This document shows, piece after piece, positions 61,747 to 64,000 of a stretch of DNA of 64,000 bases. The stretch is from Hydrolagus colliei. Its lineage: Eukaryota. Location of the stretch: positions 4,030,001-4,094,000 of the forward strand of contig CM068771.1 in the NCBI GenBank assembly GCA_035084275.1, written 5' to 3'. Below the pieces are notes generated by a model, which saw only the letters and a list, made by a program, of their open reading frames with translations, was not told the origin of the DNA and searched no databases. Position 1 is the stretch's first letter. Every line of letters begins with the position of its first letter. Made by a program: the position numbers and the translations under genes.

Positions 61747-62609
61747 TAAGAGAGATAGAGAGTGAATCACATTCTTATAGCACGTCCTCACGTTGAAATA
61801 ATAATTCATTAAACCTGTTTATCCATGACCCGATCAACCGTAACTTCCGTATAACCGCACCTCAAAATAAAGGTCTGCATTCGAACAACCGGATCTTATC
61901 CGGCACAATCGTGGTGGCCCATTTTTTTCCCTTGTATCGGTATTTTGGCTGCTACTAGTGCCTGAAGGTGGTGCTGCCGTTTTTTCCCCTCGCATTGGTA
62001 TTTTGGCTTGCCGCTTGTAGAGCCTTAAAGTCTTGCTGCCGTTTTTTTCCCCTCGCGTCGGCCATTGTAGAAGATAAACTGTACACCTCTACTCCAGCAT
62101 CATGGCTTCAAACCAGGCATCTACCAGCAAAGGTGATTTTTAGGTGAATTGTTACGTGAATAACAAAGGTCAGTTATTATCCGCCGTCTGTAGTCCGGCC
62201 TCCTGCATGTCCCTTGTGCCCTCCATCCCGTCATTGGCGGGCGAGCGTTCACTAAACTCCCCGAAACTCTCCCTCTACCCTTCCACCTTGCCCTTACCCT
62301 CCCCATCTTCTGGTCGCGCCTGAAGACCTTCCTCTTCACCTCTTAGTTGGTGGTTTTGGTGTTGTTGGTGTTGTTATTAGTGTTGTTGTTGTTGTAGCTA
62401 TTGGTGATGGCATTGTTGGTCTTGTATTGGTCCCAGTTTCAGGTCTCAGCTGAAGATCTTTCTTTCCGACCGCGCCTTTGGTCACCTTTCTCCCCCTCCC
62501 ACTGGCTCGGTGGGTCCAGCATCCGTTATATCTGAGGTGCCGTCCGGCGTGGAGTGAGGGCGCTATGTAAATGGAAGTTGTTGTCGGTGTTATTGGTGTT
62601 GTTGGTCTG

Positions 62610-64000
62610 GGTGCATCCCTTGATGCGTCGCAACCATCAAGCTATCGACCCATCTCCAACCTCCCGTTTTTATCCAAGGTCCTTGAAAGAGTGGTTGCCT
62701 CTCAGCTCCGCTCTTTCCTTTCAACTCACTCACTCCTTGAACCCCTCCAATCAGGTTTCCCGCCCAATTCACAGCACAGAAACTGCCCTGGTTAAGGTTA
62801 CAAATGACATCCTAACCACCTGTGACCAGGGCTCCCTCTGCCTCCTCATCCTCCTTGACCTGTCTGCTGCGTTTGACACAGTCGATCACACCATCCTCCT
62901 TCAACGTCTTTCCTCCCACCTCAACCTTCAAGGCACAGTCCTTGACTGGTTCCATTCCTACCTGACCCACCGTTTACACTTTGTATCTTCCAATGGTTTT
63001 TCCTCAAACCCCCGCACAGTTTCTCACGGCATCCCTCAGGGCTCTGTCCTCGGCCCCCTCCTTTTCACCCTTTACACGCTCCCTCTGGGCGATGTCATCC
63101 GCAAACATGGGGTAAATTTCCACATGTATGCGGACGACACCCAGCTGTACCTTTCTGCCTCATCCCTCAACCCCCAGACCATCGATGTTCTGACAGCATG
63201 TCTGTCCGACATTGAGTACTGGACGAGGGACAACTTCCTCCAATTGAAAGTGAGTAAGACCGAGGCCCTCCTGATCGGCTCAAGCCAGCGCCTCCGCACA
63301 TTGGGCGCTGCCAGCCTCAACATCCAAGGCTGCACTCTCCACCTCACAAAGCCAGTCAGGAACCTCGGCATCACGTTCGACCCAAAACTCTCCTTCCTCC
63401 CCCACATCCGTGCCTTGACCGGTACCGCTTACTTCCACCTGCGCAATATTGCCAGGCTCCGCAATTATCTTACCCCCCGCGCTGCCGAAACACTCGTGCA
63501 CGCATACATCACCTCAAGGCTGGACTACGGAAACTCTCTCCTCGTCGGCCTCCCCAGTTCCTCCATTCACAGGCTGCAGGTCATTCAAAACTCTGCAGCC
63601 CGTGTATTATCCCGCACCCGCCTCCGCGACCACATAACCCCCACCCTCGCCCGTCTCCACTGGCTCCCCATTCTCCAGAGGATCGAGTTCAAGATCCTCG
63701 TCCTCACCTTCAAGGCCTTACATGGCCTTGCCCCGCCCTATTTAACCAATTTACTCCGCCCCTACAAGCCCACCCGGACCCTCCTTTCAGCAGGACTTGG
63801 CCTGCTCCAAGCTTCCGCCTGAACCGCCCCACCATCGGAGGCCGGGCCTTCAGTTTCCCCGCTCCCACCCTATGGAATTCCATCCCCCAATCCCTCCGCC
63901 TGGTTTCTTCCCTTTCCTCTTTCAAGGCCGGTTTGAAGACTTTCCTCTTCGACCGTGCTTTTTGTTCCGACCCAAATTCTTCGACCTCCCCTTCGTGTTT
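62610..64000 (+). mobile_element. Young 5'-truncated L2 LINE with reverse transcriptase domain, in an EGFL8 intron
   Basis: YRPISNLPFLSKVLERVV, one frameshift near 62760, then [51 protein letters not shown]. Confidence 0.95.

Noticed and set aside
62554-63822. 422-aa ORF as a host gene
   Set aside because: It is L2 reverse transcriptase. Its N-terminus is flanking low-complexity sequence joined through a frameshift.

Overview
Vertebrate genomic DNA with spliced genes, not prokaryotic. The repeat content (tRNA-headed Deu-type SINEs, young L2, shark-type CR1 tails) suggests a cartilaginous fish, probably a chimaera; this is inference. Five protein-coding loci are supported. (1) The 5' part of a RING-B-box-coiled-coil TRIM gene (minus strand, runs off the left end). 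(2) An intronless inducible-type cytosolic HSP70 (2968-4872, minus) with TATA/GC/CRE/CCAAT/HSE promoter elements, a 16-bp tandem array filling most of its predicted 5' UTR, a G-rich 19-bp minisatellite and a triplicated HSE/E-box block upstream. (3, 4) Two tandem butyrophilin-like genes (minus). One is complete (SP-IgV-IgC-TM-B30.2); the other retains only a decayed IgC exon, so it is predicted to be IgV-TM-B30.2. (5) The first two coding exons of EGFL8 (plus, runs off the right end). This gene set points to an MHC class III-like region. The remainder is dominated by SINEs, L2/CR1 fragments and DNA-transposon MITEs, with two assembly gaps. Gene models were assembled by eye from splice signals, exon phases and comparison between the paralogues; no database search was run.
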